Below are positions 18,481 through 27,734 of a DNA stretch of 64,000 bases, one piece after another. The DNA is taken from assembly GCA_951801825.1 (NCBI GenBank), contig CATOOF010000002.1, positions 31,058 to 95,057 of the forward strand. Reading direction: 5' to 3'. How positions within the stretch are numbered: the first letter of the stretch is position 1; every line of letters starts with the position of its first letter. The stretch comes from an uncultured Alphaproteobacteria bacterium (GTDB lineage Bacteria > Pseudomonadota > Alphaproteobacteria > Rs-D84). The position numbers and the translations under genes are program-made. Under the pieces are notes generated by a model, which did no database searches, was not told where the DNA came from, and saw only the letters and a program-made list of their open reading frames with translations.

Positions 18481-21261
18481 CTATTTCCCCCATTTGGTGC
18501 CGATTATATATTCCGCACGCAATGGTACGGACAGTTGGGCCACGTTTTCCATTTCAAATTTGATTTTTTCAGCAAAGTCGTGTGCCACAGATTCATCACA
18601 TTCGAAAATCATTTCATCGTGAACCTGCATAATCATACGTATTTTATCAGCGTTGGGGCGCATCAGCTTTTCATCAATCAATACCATTGCGCGACGCATC
18701 AGGTCGGCCTCGAATCCTTGAATTGGGGCATTGACCGCCGCACGCATTGCATATGCGCGCATGCGGGGATTTTTTGCCTCTGGTAACTCTATGCGGCGCC
18801 CCCACGGGGTGTACACGAATCCGTTGGCTAGCGCAAATTCTTTTGTGTCGTCTATGTATTTTTTTATCTCCGGCAGGCCCGCCATATAGGCGGATATAAT
18901 ATCGGCCGCCGCGGCGCGCGATACCCCCAGCTGGGTCGAAAGGCCAAACGATGATATGCCGTAAATAATTGAAAAGTTTACAGTTTTTGCCGCACGACGC
19001 AGGTCTTTTGGGACATTTTGGTCGGATGGAATGTTGAATATAGAGCGTGCGGTCTGCTCGTGTATGTCTGTATCGGCGGCAAATGTGTCTTTGAATGTTT
19101 TTACGTTTGCCACGTCTGCCAACAGGCGCAACTGAATTTGGGAGTAATCCGCCGATATCAACACGCGGCCATTTGGTGCGACAAAGCATTTTCTGATTTC
19201 TTCGCCAAGCGGTGTTTTAATCGGAATATTTTGCAGGTTGGGATCGCGTGATGACAGACGGCCTGTATTGGTGCTGGTCTGCAGATATGTGGTGTGTATG
19301 CGGCCGTCGGATGCAATCTGTCGCGGCAAGGCGTCCGCGTATGTTCCAGCCAGTTTTGCGATTGACCGCCAGTTAAGAATTTTTTCAATAACAGGATGTG
19401 CATCAATTAAATCATTAAGTGTTTCGGCATCCGTACTGCGCTTTTTATTGGCGGGCAGATGCAACTCATCAAACAAAATAGTCCCCAGCTGTTTTGGGCT
19501 GGCGATATTGAATTCGTGGCCGGCCATGTCCCAGATTTCGCGTTCCAGCGTTGCCAGCTGGGCGTGGAATACACCGGAAAGCTGATGCAACTCTGATTTG
19601 TTTACCAATACGCCCGCGCGCTCCATCTTTAACAGTATGGGCATCAGGGGCAGGTCGCATTCCATATACAGCTTTTCCAGTTCCGGTTTTGCGGCCAGCT
19701 GGGCATGCATTTTTTCATACAGGGCATAGCATATTGTTGCATCTTCGGCCGCATATGGCGCCGCCGCGGCGATTTCCAACATATCAAAATGTCTATCGGA
19801 ATCTTTTGTCTTTTTATCAAACAGCGATGCAAATGATATATTTTCATGCCCCAGATATCGCATTGATAATTCATCCAATCCGTGCATATGCGCCGCCCCG
19901 TGCAGAGCGTATGACAGTAACATTGTGTCATCAATCGGGGCTATTTTTGATGTATCCCATCCCTCGTTTGCCAGAATATGCAGGTCGAATTTCATATTAT
20001 GACCGATCTTGGTAATTTTTGGATTTGTGAACACAGGCCACAGTAATTCATATACTGTTTCAATATCCATTTGGTTCGGCGCCAGCGTGTTCGCCGCAAA
20101 CAAATCCGCGTCGCCAACGTGGTGTCTGATTGGGATATATGCGCCGTGTGTCGCATCCGCGGCCAGCGATATTCCAACCAGCTTGTCCGTCATCTGGTTC
20201 AGGCCCGTTGTTTCGGTATCAAATGCGATTATGGATTTTACGCGTTCTAAAAACGAGACCAGGGATTGACGGCTGGTAATAATCTCATGTGTTAGTTTGA
20301 ATTGTGGGGCGGGGGAAATAGGCGTATCTGTTTGTGGCAAATCCACAGGGCATTGCGAGCCTGGATAATTTTGAACCGCAGGCTGGGCGTCCGGATTATA
20401 GTTTTCCAGCGGAAACAGTTTTTCTATTTTTGCCACCAATGAGTTGCTTTCCAGTTTTTCACGCACAAATGCCAGTGCCGCCGGTGTGTTAAATACAAAT
20501 GGAGTAATGTTAAGACCGGCCAAGTCGACATCCGTTTTCAGTGTTACCAGCTGTTTGGAAATATATGCTTTGTCACGATTGTCATGCAGCAGATTGCGTA
20601 TGCGCTCGTTTTTTACCTGGTCCAGGTTTTCGTAAAGCGCATCGAGTGAACCGAACTGGTTTATCAGTTCGGCGGCTTTTTTCGGTCCAATGCCCGGTAC
20701 GCCCGGCACGTTATCCGATGAATCGCCCATCAGACTTTGTACGTCAACGACGCGGTCCGGGTTTACGCCGAATTTTTCCAGTACCTGGGGCTGGCGAATG
20801 TCGCGACCTTTCATTCCGTCATATAAATATACACAGTCAGATACCAGCTGCATTAAGTCCTTGTCACTGGTAATTACACGGGTTGCGTCATGCGTGGTAC
20901 AGTTTTCACGTGCCAATGTTGCGATTACATCATCGGCCTCGACCCCGGGGATGCACAGTACCGGCATTCCCAATGCCGCCATTCCGGCGCGTATCATTGA
21001 ACCCTGGGCAATCAAATCGGCGGGTGTTTCAGTTCGGTTTGCCTTGTAATCTTTGTAAATATCCTGGCGAAAAGTTATGCGTGATGCATCAAATATACAT
21101 ACGAACGCATCGCCCGGTTTGGCCGCGGCCAATACGGGTAATATCATGTTAAAGAACCCGTACACCGCCCCGGTGGGTGTCCCGTCGCTGCGCGTCAGTC
21201 GGCTGTGTACGCCGTAATATGCGCGAAAAAGTAAAGAGTTTCCGTCAATCAATGTCAGCAT
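18481..21261 (-). CDS. polA: DNA polymerase I
   Basis: LIDGNSLLFRAYY, EADDVIATLA, DTETTG, TGRLSSRDPNLQNIP, ADYSQIQLR, QVHDE. Confidence 0.98.
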   Translation of the reverse strand: MLTLIDGNSLLFRAYYGVHSRLTRSDGTPTGAVYGFFNMILPVLAAAKPGDAFVCIFDASRITFRQDIYKDYKANRTETPADLIAQGSMIRAGMAALGMPVLCIPGVEADDVIATLARENCTTHDATRVITSDKDLMQLVSDCVYLYDGMKGRDIRQPQVLEKFGVNPDRVVDVQSLMGDSSDNVPGVPGIGPKKAAELINQFGSLDALYENLDQVKNERIRNLLHDNRDKAYISKQLVTLKTDVDLAGLNITPFVFNTPAALAFVREKLESNSLVAKIEKLFPLENYNPDAQPAVQNYPGSQCPVDLPQTDTPISPAPQFKLTHEIITSRQSLVSFLERVKSIIAFDTETTGLNQMTDKLVGISLAADATHGAYIPIRHHVGDADLFAANTLAPNQMDIETVYELLWPVFTNPKITKIGHNMKFDLHILANEGWDTSKIAPIDDTMLLSYALHGAAHMHGLDELSMRYLGHENISFASLFDKKTKDSDRHFDMLEIAAAAPYAAEDATICYALYEKMHAQLAAKPELEKLYMECDLPLMPILLKMERAGVLVNKSELHQLSGVFHAQLATLEREIWDMAGHEFNIASPKQLGTILFDELHLPANKKRSTDAETLNDLIDAHPVIEKILNWRSIAKLAGTYADALPRQIASDGRIHTTYLQTSTNTGRLSSRDPNLQNIPIKTPLGEEIRKCFVAPNGRVLISADYSQIQLRLLADVANVKTFKDTFAADTDIHEQTARSIFNIPSDQNVPKDLRRAAKTVNFSIIYGISSFGLSTQLGVSRAAAADIISAYMAGLPEIKKYIDDTKEFALANGFVYTPWGRRIELPEAKNPRMRAYAMRAAVNAPIQGFEADLMRRAMVLIDEKLMRPNADKIRMIMQVHDEMIFECDESVAHDFAEKIKFEMENVAQLSVPLRAEYIIGTKWGK

Positions 21262-21307
21262 GGGCGGCCTTTTAGAATTTATTGGGGGCCGTGGCCCCCG
21301 GATTTTT

Positions 21308-21847
21308 TTAGAATATATAGCGTAATTTTACGCGGGCGTCATAATGGAGAATATCCGCGTCTTTTGTGGCAACGCTGTATGCGTCTGGTACGTACAAGGC
21401 GCGCGCCTCTGCATCAATTTTAAACGGCAATACCGGAATATCAAAGGTCAGCCCCAGCATACCCTGATACGCAACCGTTGTGTCAATATCCGGACCGTGA
21501 TCTATTTCGCCGTGAAACATGGCGCCAACACCCGCCCCAATATATGGATTGACAAGCAGCATCGGCATTTTCAAGTACACATTGCCCATAGCAATATGTG
21601 CAGTAATGTCTTTGTCGTTTAAGTAGTTATATTCGCCTTCTATGCGGATAAATGGCACATCCAAACCAATTAATGCGCCATAAGACTGTGCCATGTCGGA
21701 ATGTGTGTCGCCGTCAACAAATGTGGTAACCCCGCCAACACCCGCCGTGGCACCGATATACGGGTCAAACAACAGGTTTGCGCGTGCGTTTGCGGCAGAG
21801 AATATTATTGCCGCCGCAGTTAAAAATCCTGCATATTTTAATTTCAT
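21308..21847 (-). CDS. Small outer-membrane beta-barrel protein
   Basis: Signal peptide, PYIGAGVG, AYQGMLG, terminal YIF. Confidence 0.85.
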   Translation of the reverse strand: MKLKYAGFLTAAAIIFSAANARANLLFDPYIGATAGVGGVTTFVDGDTHSDMAQSYGALIGLDVPFIRIEGEYNYLNDKDITAHIAMGNVYLKMPMLLVNPYIGAGVGAMFHGEIDHGPDIDTTVAYQGMLGLTFDIPVLPFKIDAEARALYVPDAYSVATKDADILHYDARVKLRYIF

Positions 21848-21894
21848 ATTTATCTCCTTTCTATGATATTATAATAGAAAAAAGAGACGGATAT

Positions 21895-22416
21895 ATGCAA
21901 GAAAATAAACCTGTTTTAGTTGTAGGCCTGGGCAATCCCGGGGCAGAGTATGCGCGCACGCGCCACAATGTGGGATTTATGGCGGTGGTGCGGTTGGCCG
22001 GTGCGGATGCAACATGGAAAAATGAAAAGAATGCGCGTACGGCATCTGTAAATATTGACGGTCGGCGCGTAATATTTGCGATGCCGCAGACATTTATGAA
22101 TCTGTCCGGGAACGCGGTCCAGCCATTGATGGCGTTTTATAAAATACCGCTGGAAAATCTGATTGTAATTCACGATGACATGGATTTGCCGATTGGAAAA
22201 ATGCGTGAAAAAATCGGCGGCGGCAGTGCGGGCCACAATGGTATCAAATCCATAGACGCATCGGTTGGCAATGAATATCGCCGTATTAGAATTGGCATTG
22301 GTCATCCGCGCGAACTGGGCCTGGCCATGTCGCCGGCAGATTGGGTTTTGGGGAAATTTACCGACGCCCAGATGGATGAAATAGGGCGCATAATAAACGA
22401 TATAAAAATATTTTAG
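21895..22416 (+). CDS. pth: Peptidyl-tRNA hydrolase
   Basis: VGLGNPG..TRHNVGF, PQTFMNLSG, HDDMDL, GGSAGHNGIKS. Confidence 0.97.
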   Translation: MQENKPVLVVGLGNPGAEYARTRHNVGFMAVVRLAGADATWKNEKNARTASVNIDGRRVIFAMPQTFMNLSGNAVQPLMAFYKIPLENLIVIHDDMDLPIGKMREKIGGGSAGHNGIKSIDASVGNEYRRIRIGIGHPRELGLAMSPADWVLGKFTDAQMDEIGRIINDIKIF

Positions 22417-23562
22417 TTATTGTTTATAATATAATTTTATTCCCGTCGGCAGGTTAAAGCAGGAGTTACCGCTATCGTCACAAAATTGCGTGTTATTGTT
22501 GATATAACATTCCGATATTTCTTTTGCGCCGCTATTTGATGTAGACCCCATTGGGCAAGGATTTTTAGATCCTGCCGCACAATAATAGCCATTTGGGCAT
22601 GGTGCCATAACAGCGACAAGTTTTATGCTATCAGGTTTAGCAGAGCTATTAATAGGAAATGTATCGTTTGGGGATAGTTTTACATTTTTTTCCTCGCATC
22701 CAGAAGTACATTTCCAATAATCCAAATATTGACCATCTATATTACCGTTATAATCAAGTACTTTGCAACCTGACGTTGCTGTTTCTGAATCCGGGGCAGT
22801 AGTGCATGATTGCCGCTGATTTTCTGTAATTCCGTCTGATGCATAATAAATGACAGTAAAGTCTACTCCGTTCCATTGACCGTATAATTTCGTGTCGTCA
22901 GTAAAGCTTGTATTTGTTTTGCCATTGGTTAATTCCCCTTTGGCATTTATCCATAAATATCGGTCTTTTTCGCCGGCTGAATATCCATTAAAGGTTTGCC
23001 ACCATTTTATGCTTGGGGTCAGATTGGGGTTAGGCCTCCAGCTGGTTGCGTCCTTGGAATCAGCAAAACCGGAACCATATTTTACAAATACTGTTTTGGC
23101 TTTTTCCCATATATTGGTAAGATTTTTTTCAAGTGTTATTGTATATATGTTTCCCGTACAGGTATTGTTTGCACTTGGCAGACTAGACGTTCCGCCATTG
23201 AAAGTCAGTTGCTGTTGTTGTGAAGAGTGATAATTTTGGTCACATGACTTGCACTGTCTGCCGTCCCAGTAAAAATTTGCATTGCATTTGCCGGTCCATG
23301 AACAGCTATTGGATTCATTATTTGTTTTGGTGCCCCAGTTAAATGTTCCATTTTCTGTCGGCTTATTTGTACAGTTTGTGCACTTTTCCATAGTTGCATC
23401 GCTGTACTGAGAGTTGGAACAATTTTTACATACCCCGGACTCATCTGTTCCGCAACCTGCTGTTGCTCTGCAGCTTTCAAGGGAAAGGCCATCACAACTT
23501 GCGGCCCAGGTATTGTGGCTGGTCAGAAATATCAGTGCTATAATTATAATATTTACTCTCAT
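22417..23562 (-). CDS. Secreted Cys-rich protein with InlB-B-repeat-like segments
   Basis: Signal peptide, YTITLE, TFNGYS..DDTKLYGQW, C-terminal CPxGYYC..CPxGSTS..ISECY motif; AT-richer than neighbours. Confidence 0.85.
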   Translation of the reverse strand: MRVNIIIIALIFLTSHNTWAASCDGLSLESCRATAGCGTDESGVCKNCSNSQYSDATMEKCTNCTNKPTENGTFNWGTKTNNESNSCSWTGKCNANFYWDGRQCKSCDQNYHSSQQQQLTFNGGTSSLPSANNTCTGNIYTITLEKNLTNIWEKAKTVFVKYGSGFADSKDATSWRPNPNLTPSIKWWQTFNGYSAGEKDRYLWINAKGELTNGKTNTSFTDDTKLYGQWNGVDFTVIYYASDGITENQRQSCTTAPDSETATSGCKVLDYNGNIDGQYLDYWKCTSGCEEKNVKLSPNDTFPINSSAKPDSIKLVAVMAPCPNGYYCAAGSKNPCPMGSTSNSGAKEISECYINNNTQFCDDSGNSCFNLPTGIKLYYKQ

Positions 23563-23602
23563 CTTAGTAAGATGCTAAAACAAATTAGCTTACAAAGGCA
23601 AT

Positions 23603-23633
23603 AAAAAAAATCCGCCATATGGCGGATTTTTTT
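23603..23633 (-). terminator. Intrinsic terminator
   Basis: A8-TCCGCC-ATAT-GGCGGA-T7. Confidence 0.8.
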
Positions 23634-24057
23634 ACTTTTGCTTATGTTGATTAACCGTCCAGCCTTGTTTTACAAACCACAGGCTGTCCTCTTTTTCGAC
23701 GATACCAGGCAGAAATACAAAATTGCCGCGGCCGCGAATTTTATGTGGAGCAATTTGAATGCGTTCGTCCAAATATTTGCGAAACTGGCCAAGCCCAATA
23801 GGACCAAATGTTGTAAAATCGCCGCCGTTGATTAATACAAAGTAAATATTACGGACCGAAGGATCGTAGGCGTGCTGGCTTACAACTACAGGCTGTATTT
23901 CTTTATAATTATCTTGATAAAACTTTAACTCTACGTCGTGCTGGACGGGGGCTGGATCGTCGCCTTTATCGCACGATGACATCAGACCTGCACCCGCAAT
24001 TGCCAATATAGGCAGGGTGCGTTTAATATTGTATTTTATTTTTTTGTTAAAGCGCAT
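23632..24057 (-). CDS. Hypothetical lipoprotein (141 aa)
   Basis: AAGGAG RBS then MRFNKKIK..LAIAGAGLMSSC lipobox; ORF-track start at 24270 lies in the leader. Confidence 0.8.
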   Translation of the reverse strand: MRFNKKIKYNIKRTLPILAIAGAGLMSSCDKGDDPAPVQHDVELKFYQDNYKEIQPVVVSQHAYDPSVRNIYFVLINGGDFTTFGPIGLGQFRKYLDERIQIAPHKIRGRGNFVFLPGIVEKEDSLWFVKQGWTVNQHKQK

Positions 24058-24119
24058 TTTGTCGCTCCTTTGTTTTGTGTTTTTGTGGCGGTTCGGCGGA
24101 CAAAATTCCTGATATATAA

Positions 24120-24362
24120 ACGAAAAAATCCGGCAAAAGGCCGGATTTTCCCCAATCAGAACTTGTTCGCACCGAATTCGCCCCGGTGCATGGCAGGGCA
24201 CAGTGCTGAACCGCCGCATGCCGCCGAGCCACCCGGCGCATTTTGCGCCACTGTTTGATGGTAAAAGCATTTGTTCGGTTTTTGCAATACAGTAACCCTT
24301 TTGTTCAGGTAATTTTTTTACCTATGCATTATATTTTATCGCACAATGCGCATATTTGTCAA
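24120..24362 (-). promoter_or_regulatory. Promoter + long structured leader or sRNA ending in a terminator
   Basis: TTGACA-18-TAAAAT (24362-24333), several hairpins, terminator AAAATCCGGC..GCCGGATTTTTT at 24149-24123. Confidence 0.55.
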
Positions 24363-24392
24363 GTGGATAAAGTTCCTAATATATCTATTGCT

Positions 24393-27300
24393 TTATTTTG
24401 TGGTTGTTTGTGTTTTTGGAATATTTACCATCCAGCTGGATGGGTTTTCCATGCAACCCTCGGTCCATTGCCATTTGCCGTTTTGATAGCCATATGCACA
24501 TGTCGTAGACTGGGTTTGATATTGCATAAATGTATCTTGTCTGTGTGGGTCAATGTGATAGCCATTATTGTCGACGTATACAAAACGGCCGGCACATTTT
24601 ATGGTTTTTCCGTTGGGATATGCGGCTGTTACACTCGTTTCATCCCGGGATATTGGCGTACCATCATTGTCTGATATGCAGACCAAATCCATTGTTTTTC
24701 CGTTAATTGTAACACTGCCCAAGACCGATACGGCTTTTTTCATCTGGTTACAGGTTTGAACATTATATGATTCTGTGCCATAGAATACGTCTGTATCCTT
24801 TGATGTCTGGGCCGGCGTGCCGATACAGCACCATTCCGGATTGCCGGTCATATTACCGGGTGGCGTGGATGACAAGTCTTCATTTGATTCGGTGTCGCCG
24901 ATTCTGCAACAGTTGGTCAGATTCTCGCTGCCTGTGGGCTTAAACTTTTTATAGCCGCGTTCAATTGGGCAAAATAGACCGTTTGTATCCATATTTTCAG
25001 ATGATACGCACACGATGTCATTACCATATAACACCGGTGTATATCCGCTGGGGCAGGATGTGTCGCGACAGCTGTCGGTTACATTACTGCCGTCGGTTCC
25101 TGTATTTTTTGAGAACCACGACAACAGTGTTGAGGTTTTTTCATCGCGTGGTTTTAATATGTTGTTATGGCTGCCGTCTTTTTCAAGCGGTGATGCCGGT
25201 TCTGCTTCGCAGTTCCCCCAGATTTTTTCAGCCAATCGGCATGTTCGACACTCAAAAGACGTGGCGGCCGCACACTCTGTGTCGCCCTCGCTGCAGGCGC
25301 ATTTGTCGGTACAGATATCATAAACACACACAACAGAATTAGAGTTCTTTTTTTGGTAACATGTTGTGTCATGGGATATCGTAATCGGCTTTGATTCGCC
25401 ATTTTCAATAATTGTGCCGCCATATAGCTCTGTATAGAAATTACCGTTTTGGGGCGCCTCGAGTTCAAATATATTGTTTATGGCGTCAACACCGGCCTCT
25501 GCCACACAGTTCTTTACTTCGTTCCAGCAACTGATGCGGTTTATAATTGATTTGCGGTTGATAGAGTTATTATTGTTGCTCTCGCACATGCCGAAATTAC
25601 CAGATATGGATTTGCAGGCCTGAATGATGCATGCGCGGCCAACCTCTCGACAGGTTTGCATAATTGTTTCATATGTTTTATCTGTGGCGATTTGCGTCAT
25701 GCCGCCAACCCAGTCTGCATCGCCCTGGGTTGTCTTTAACAGTGCCGTACATGCGTTTTGCACGCTGGCACACATGTCGTTTACTGTTTTGTCTGCCTTG
25801 ACGCCAAATGTTGATAATGCACGCGCGTCAAAATCAGACAACGATTTTGCAGTATTTGCCAGGCATTGTGTGGTCAGTGTTGTACAGCTTTGGCGCACTT
25901 CCTCTAATTTGGCATCCTGGGCCAGTTTTATCTGGGCCAGGGCGTCTTCTATAAATGCATCCCACACGTATTCTGCAATATCCTGGCAGTTTTCCATTGC
26001 CGGTTCCAAGTATTTCTTTTTGGAATTAAGATAAGATACGAAACGGTCGTTGCCAGGTGCGCCCAGCCATGTCTGGTTACCCTCTGGCCGGGTAATAAGT
26101 GATGCCAGGTTGGCCAAATCGTTTGTTAAAAAAGCCTGGCCGGTGGACGGATCAATATATCGGCCCGACATGTCAAGGCACTTTTCCAAATTATCGCCGC
26201 AGACGGATGTCTCGGACAGCTGGGCCAGCATTTTCTTTTTGCATGTCAGAATGTCGTCAGAATTACGCTTTTGGTGTATGTCCAGACGTGAAATATCAAG
26301 CAGGGCCGCACCTTCGCGGACTTTTTCGCGGGCCTGGTCGGTCTGGGTTTCATATGATTTTGCGACAGTGTTACAATCCTGTTCGATTGTCATTTGATAA
26401 CCGCTTTCCGCCAGGGCCAGCGCATCGTCATCACATACCTCTGCCGCCATTTCCCGACATACGGGCAGGGCCGCGTTGTACAGAGCGGCGCCTTCTTTGG
26501 CGGTGGTTGATGCCCCCAGCAATGAATCAACACTGTCAAATGCCGCATCCGTATTAAGTGATAGTGAAATAGCGGAAAGATTCTGGCTGAACGAATCGCC
26601 CCCGCCTGCGTTCAGTTTTTTTGATATTTCATCAAGTATCTTTTTTGAGCCAGACGTATCCTTGGTCTGGTTATAGGCATTTTCGCCCTCTGTGGCGGTA
26701 AACAGCGCATCTGCGTCTTCCTTGTCCATATTTACCGTCAGCAGGCGCTGGTTAAAGTCAAGCAGTTTGTCCTCTACATTCGAAAGGCTTTTTTTTACGC
26801 GGTCAAATTCATGCAGGCGCGATGAACATGCGCAACGTTTCAGCTGTGAATCCTTGTTCGCACAGAATTCGTCCATACAATCATAATATACCTGGCGGCA
26901 TGTTTTGTAATCGCGACCCATAACGGCATCACGTAAATCAGTATTGGCGGCCGCACGTGATACCGTGGCTGATATTGCACTGCGTCCGCGGGATGCGGCG
27001 GATGTGGCCCCGCGTGACTGTGTTATTGCACCGCGGGGTTGTGTGACGATGCGCGTGGGGGCCGCACTGCGTGATTGGGATATTGGCGCGGTAATCGTCG
27101 TACGGGCCGTGTTGGATGCGCTGGGGCGTGCCTGAACATTTATAACATTTCCACTGCGCGGGGAAACAGCGGTTCGCGCATTGTTTTCCGCCGCCGTGCG
27201 GTTTGATTCAGAAACAGTCGCGGTTCGTGCCCCAATGGTGCGCGGCGATGTTGTTCCGGTGGCACTTTTTGTTGTTGCGGTATTTAGGCGTGATGTTGCC

Positions 27301-27482
27301 GCCTGCGAGCGCTGAGCCGTATCGGCCGATTTTACCTGCTGTCTGGTTTGGGTATTTGTTGCGGTGTTCCCCGCCACACGTCGCGTTGCCGCACGTGCGG
27401 CGGATGCATCATCATCAGCCATTGCGCCGCGAAACGCAATACAGCCAAGGCATACGGCAAAAAGCAGATGACGTCCTTTCAT
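24393..27482 (-). CDS. Large secreted Cys-rich protein (1029 aa) with Arg/Thr/Ala-rich N-terminal region
   Basis: Signal peptide, low-complexity RAAT region, CMDEFC..KRCACS, YQMTIEQDC. Confidence 0.88.
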   Translation of the reverse strand: MKGRHLLFAVCLGCIAFRGAMADDDASAARAATRRVAGNTATNTQTRQQVKSADTAQRSQAATSRLNTATTKSATGTTSPRTIGARTATVSESNRTAAENNARTAVSPRSGNVINVQARPSASNTARTTITAPISQSRSAAPTRIVTQPRGAITQSRGATSAASRGRSAISATVSRAAANTDLRDAVMGRDYKTCRQVYYDCMDEFCANKDSQLKRCACSSRLHEFDRVKKSLSNVEDKLLDFNQRLLTVNMDKEDADALFTATEGENAYNQTKDTSGSKKILDEISKKLNAGGGDSFSQNLSAISLSLNTDAAFDSVDSLLGASTTAKEGAALYNAALPVCREMAAEVCDDDALALAESGYQMTIEQDCNTVAKSYETQTDQAREKVREGAALLDISRLDIHQKRNSDDILTCKKKMLAQLSETSVCGDNLEKCLDMSGRYIDPSTGQAFLTNDLANLASLITRPEGNQTWLGAPGNDRFVSYLNSKKKYLEPAMENCQDIAEYVWDAFIEDALAQIKLAQDAKLEEVRQSCTTLTTQCLANTAKSLSDFDARALSTFGVKADKTVNDMCASVQNACTALLKTTQGDADWVGGMTQIATDKTYETIMQTCREVGRACIIQACKSISGNFGMCESNNNNSINRKSIINRISCWNEVKNCVAEAGVDAINNIFELEAPQNGNFYTELYGGTIIENGESKPITISHDTTCYQKKNSNSVVCVYDICTDKCACSEGDTECAAATSFECRTCRLAEKIWGNCEAEPASPLEKDGSHNNILKPRDEKTSTLLSWFSKNTGTDGSNVTDSCRDTSCPSGYTPVLYGNDIVCVSSENMDTNGLFCPIERGYKKFKPTGSENLTNCCRIGDTESNEDLSSTPPGNMTGNPEWCCIGTPAQTSKDTDVFYGTESYNVQTCNQMKKAVSVLGSVTINGKTMDLVCISDNDGTPISRDETSVTAAYPNGKTIKCAGRFVYVDNNGYHIDPHRQDTFMQYQTQSTTCAYGYQNGKWQWTEGCMENPSSWMVNIPKTQTTTK

Positions 27483-27556
27483 TCTTTATATAAAAGTGTA
27501 GCAAAATTATGAAAACCCGGGCAAGGAGAAAATAAGGTGTATATAATTAAAATCAG

Positions 27557-27641
27557 TGGTGCGGATAGGGGGACTTGAACCCCCAAGGATTGCTCCACAG
27601 CATCCTTAGTGCTGCGCGTCTACCAGTTTCGCCATATCCGC
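27557..27641 (-). tRNA. tRNA-Leu, anticodon AAG, CCA encoded
   Basis: GCGGATA acceptor stem, TGGCGAAACTGGTAGACGC D arm, CAGCA-CTAAGGA-TGCTG anticodon arm, long variable arm, GGGGGTTCAAGTCCCCC T arm, ACCA end. Confidence 0.95.
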
Positions 27642-27734
27642 GTTGGTTTAATATGTGTAAAAAAATTACGTTTTTATTTTTATCCTTTTTATGTTAAAAT
27701 GTCCATTGAAATTTATAACCCAGGGTACAAATAA

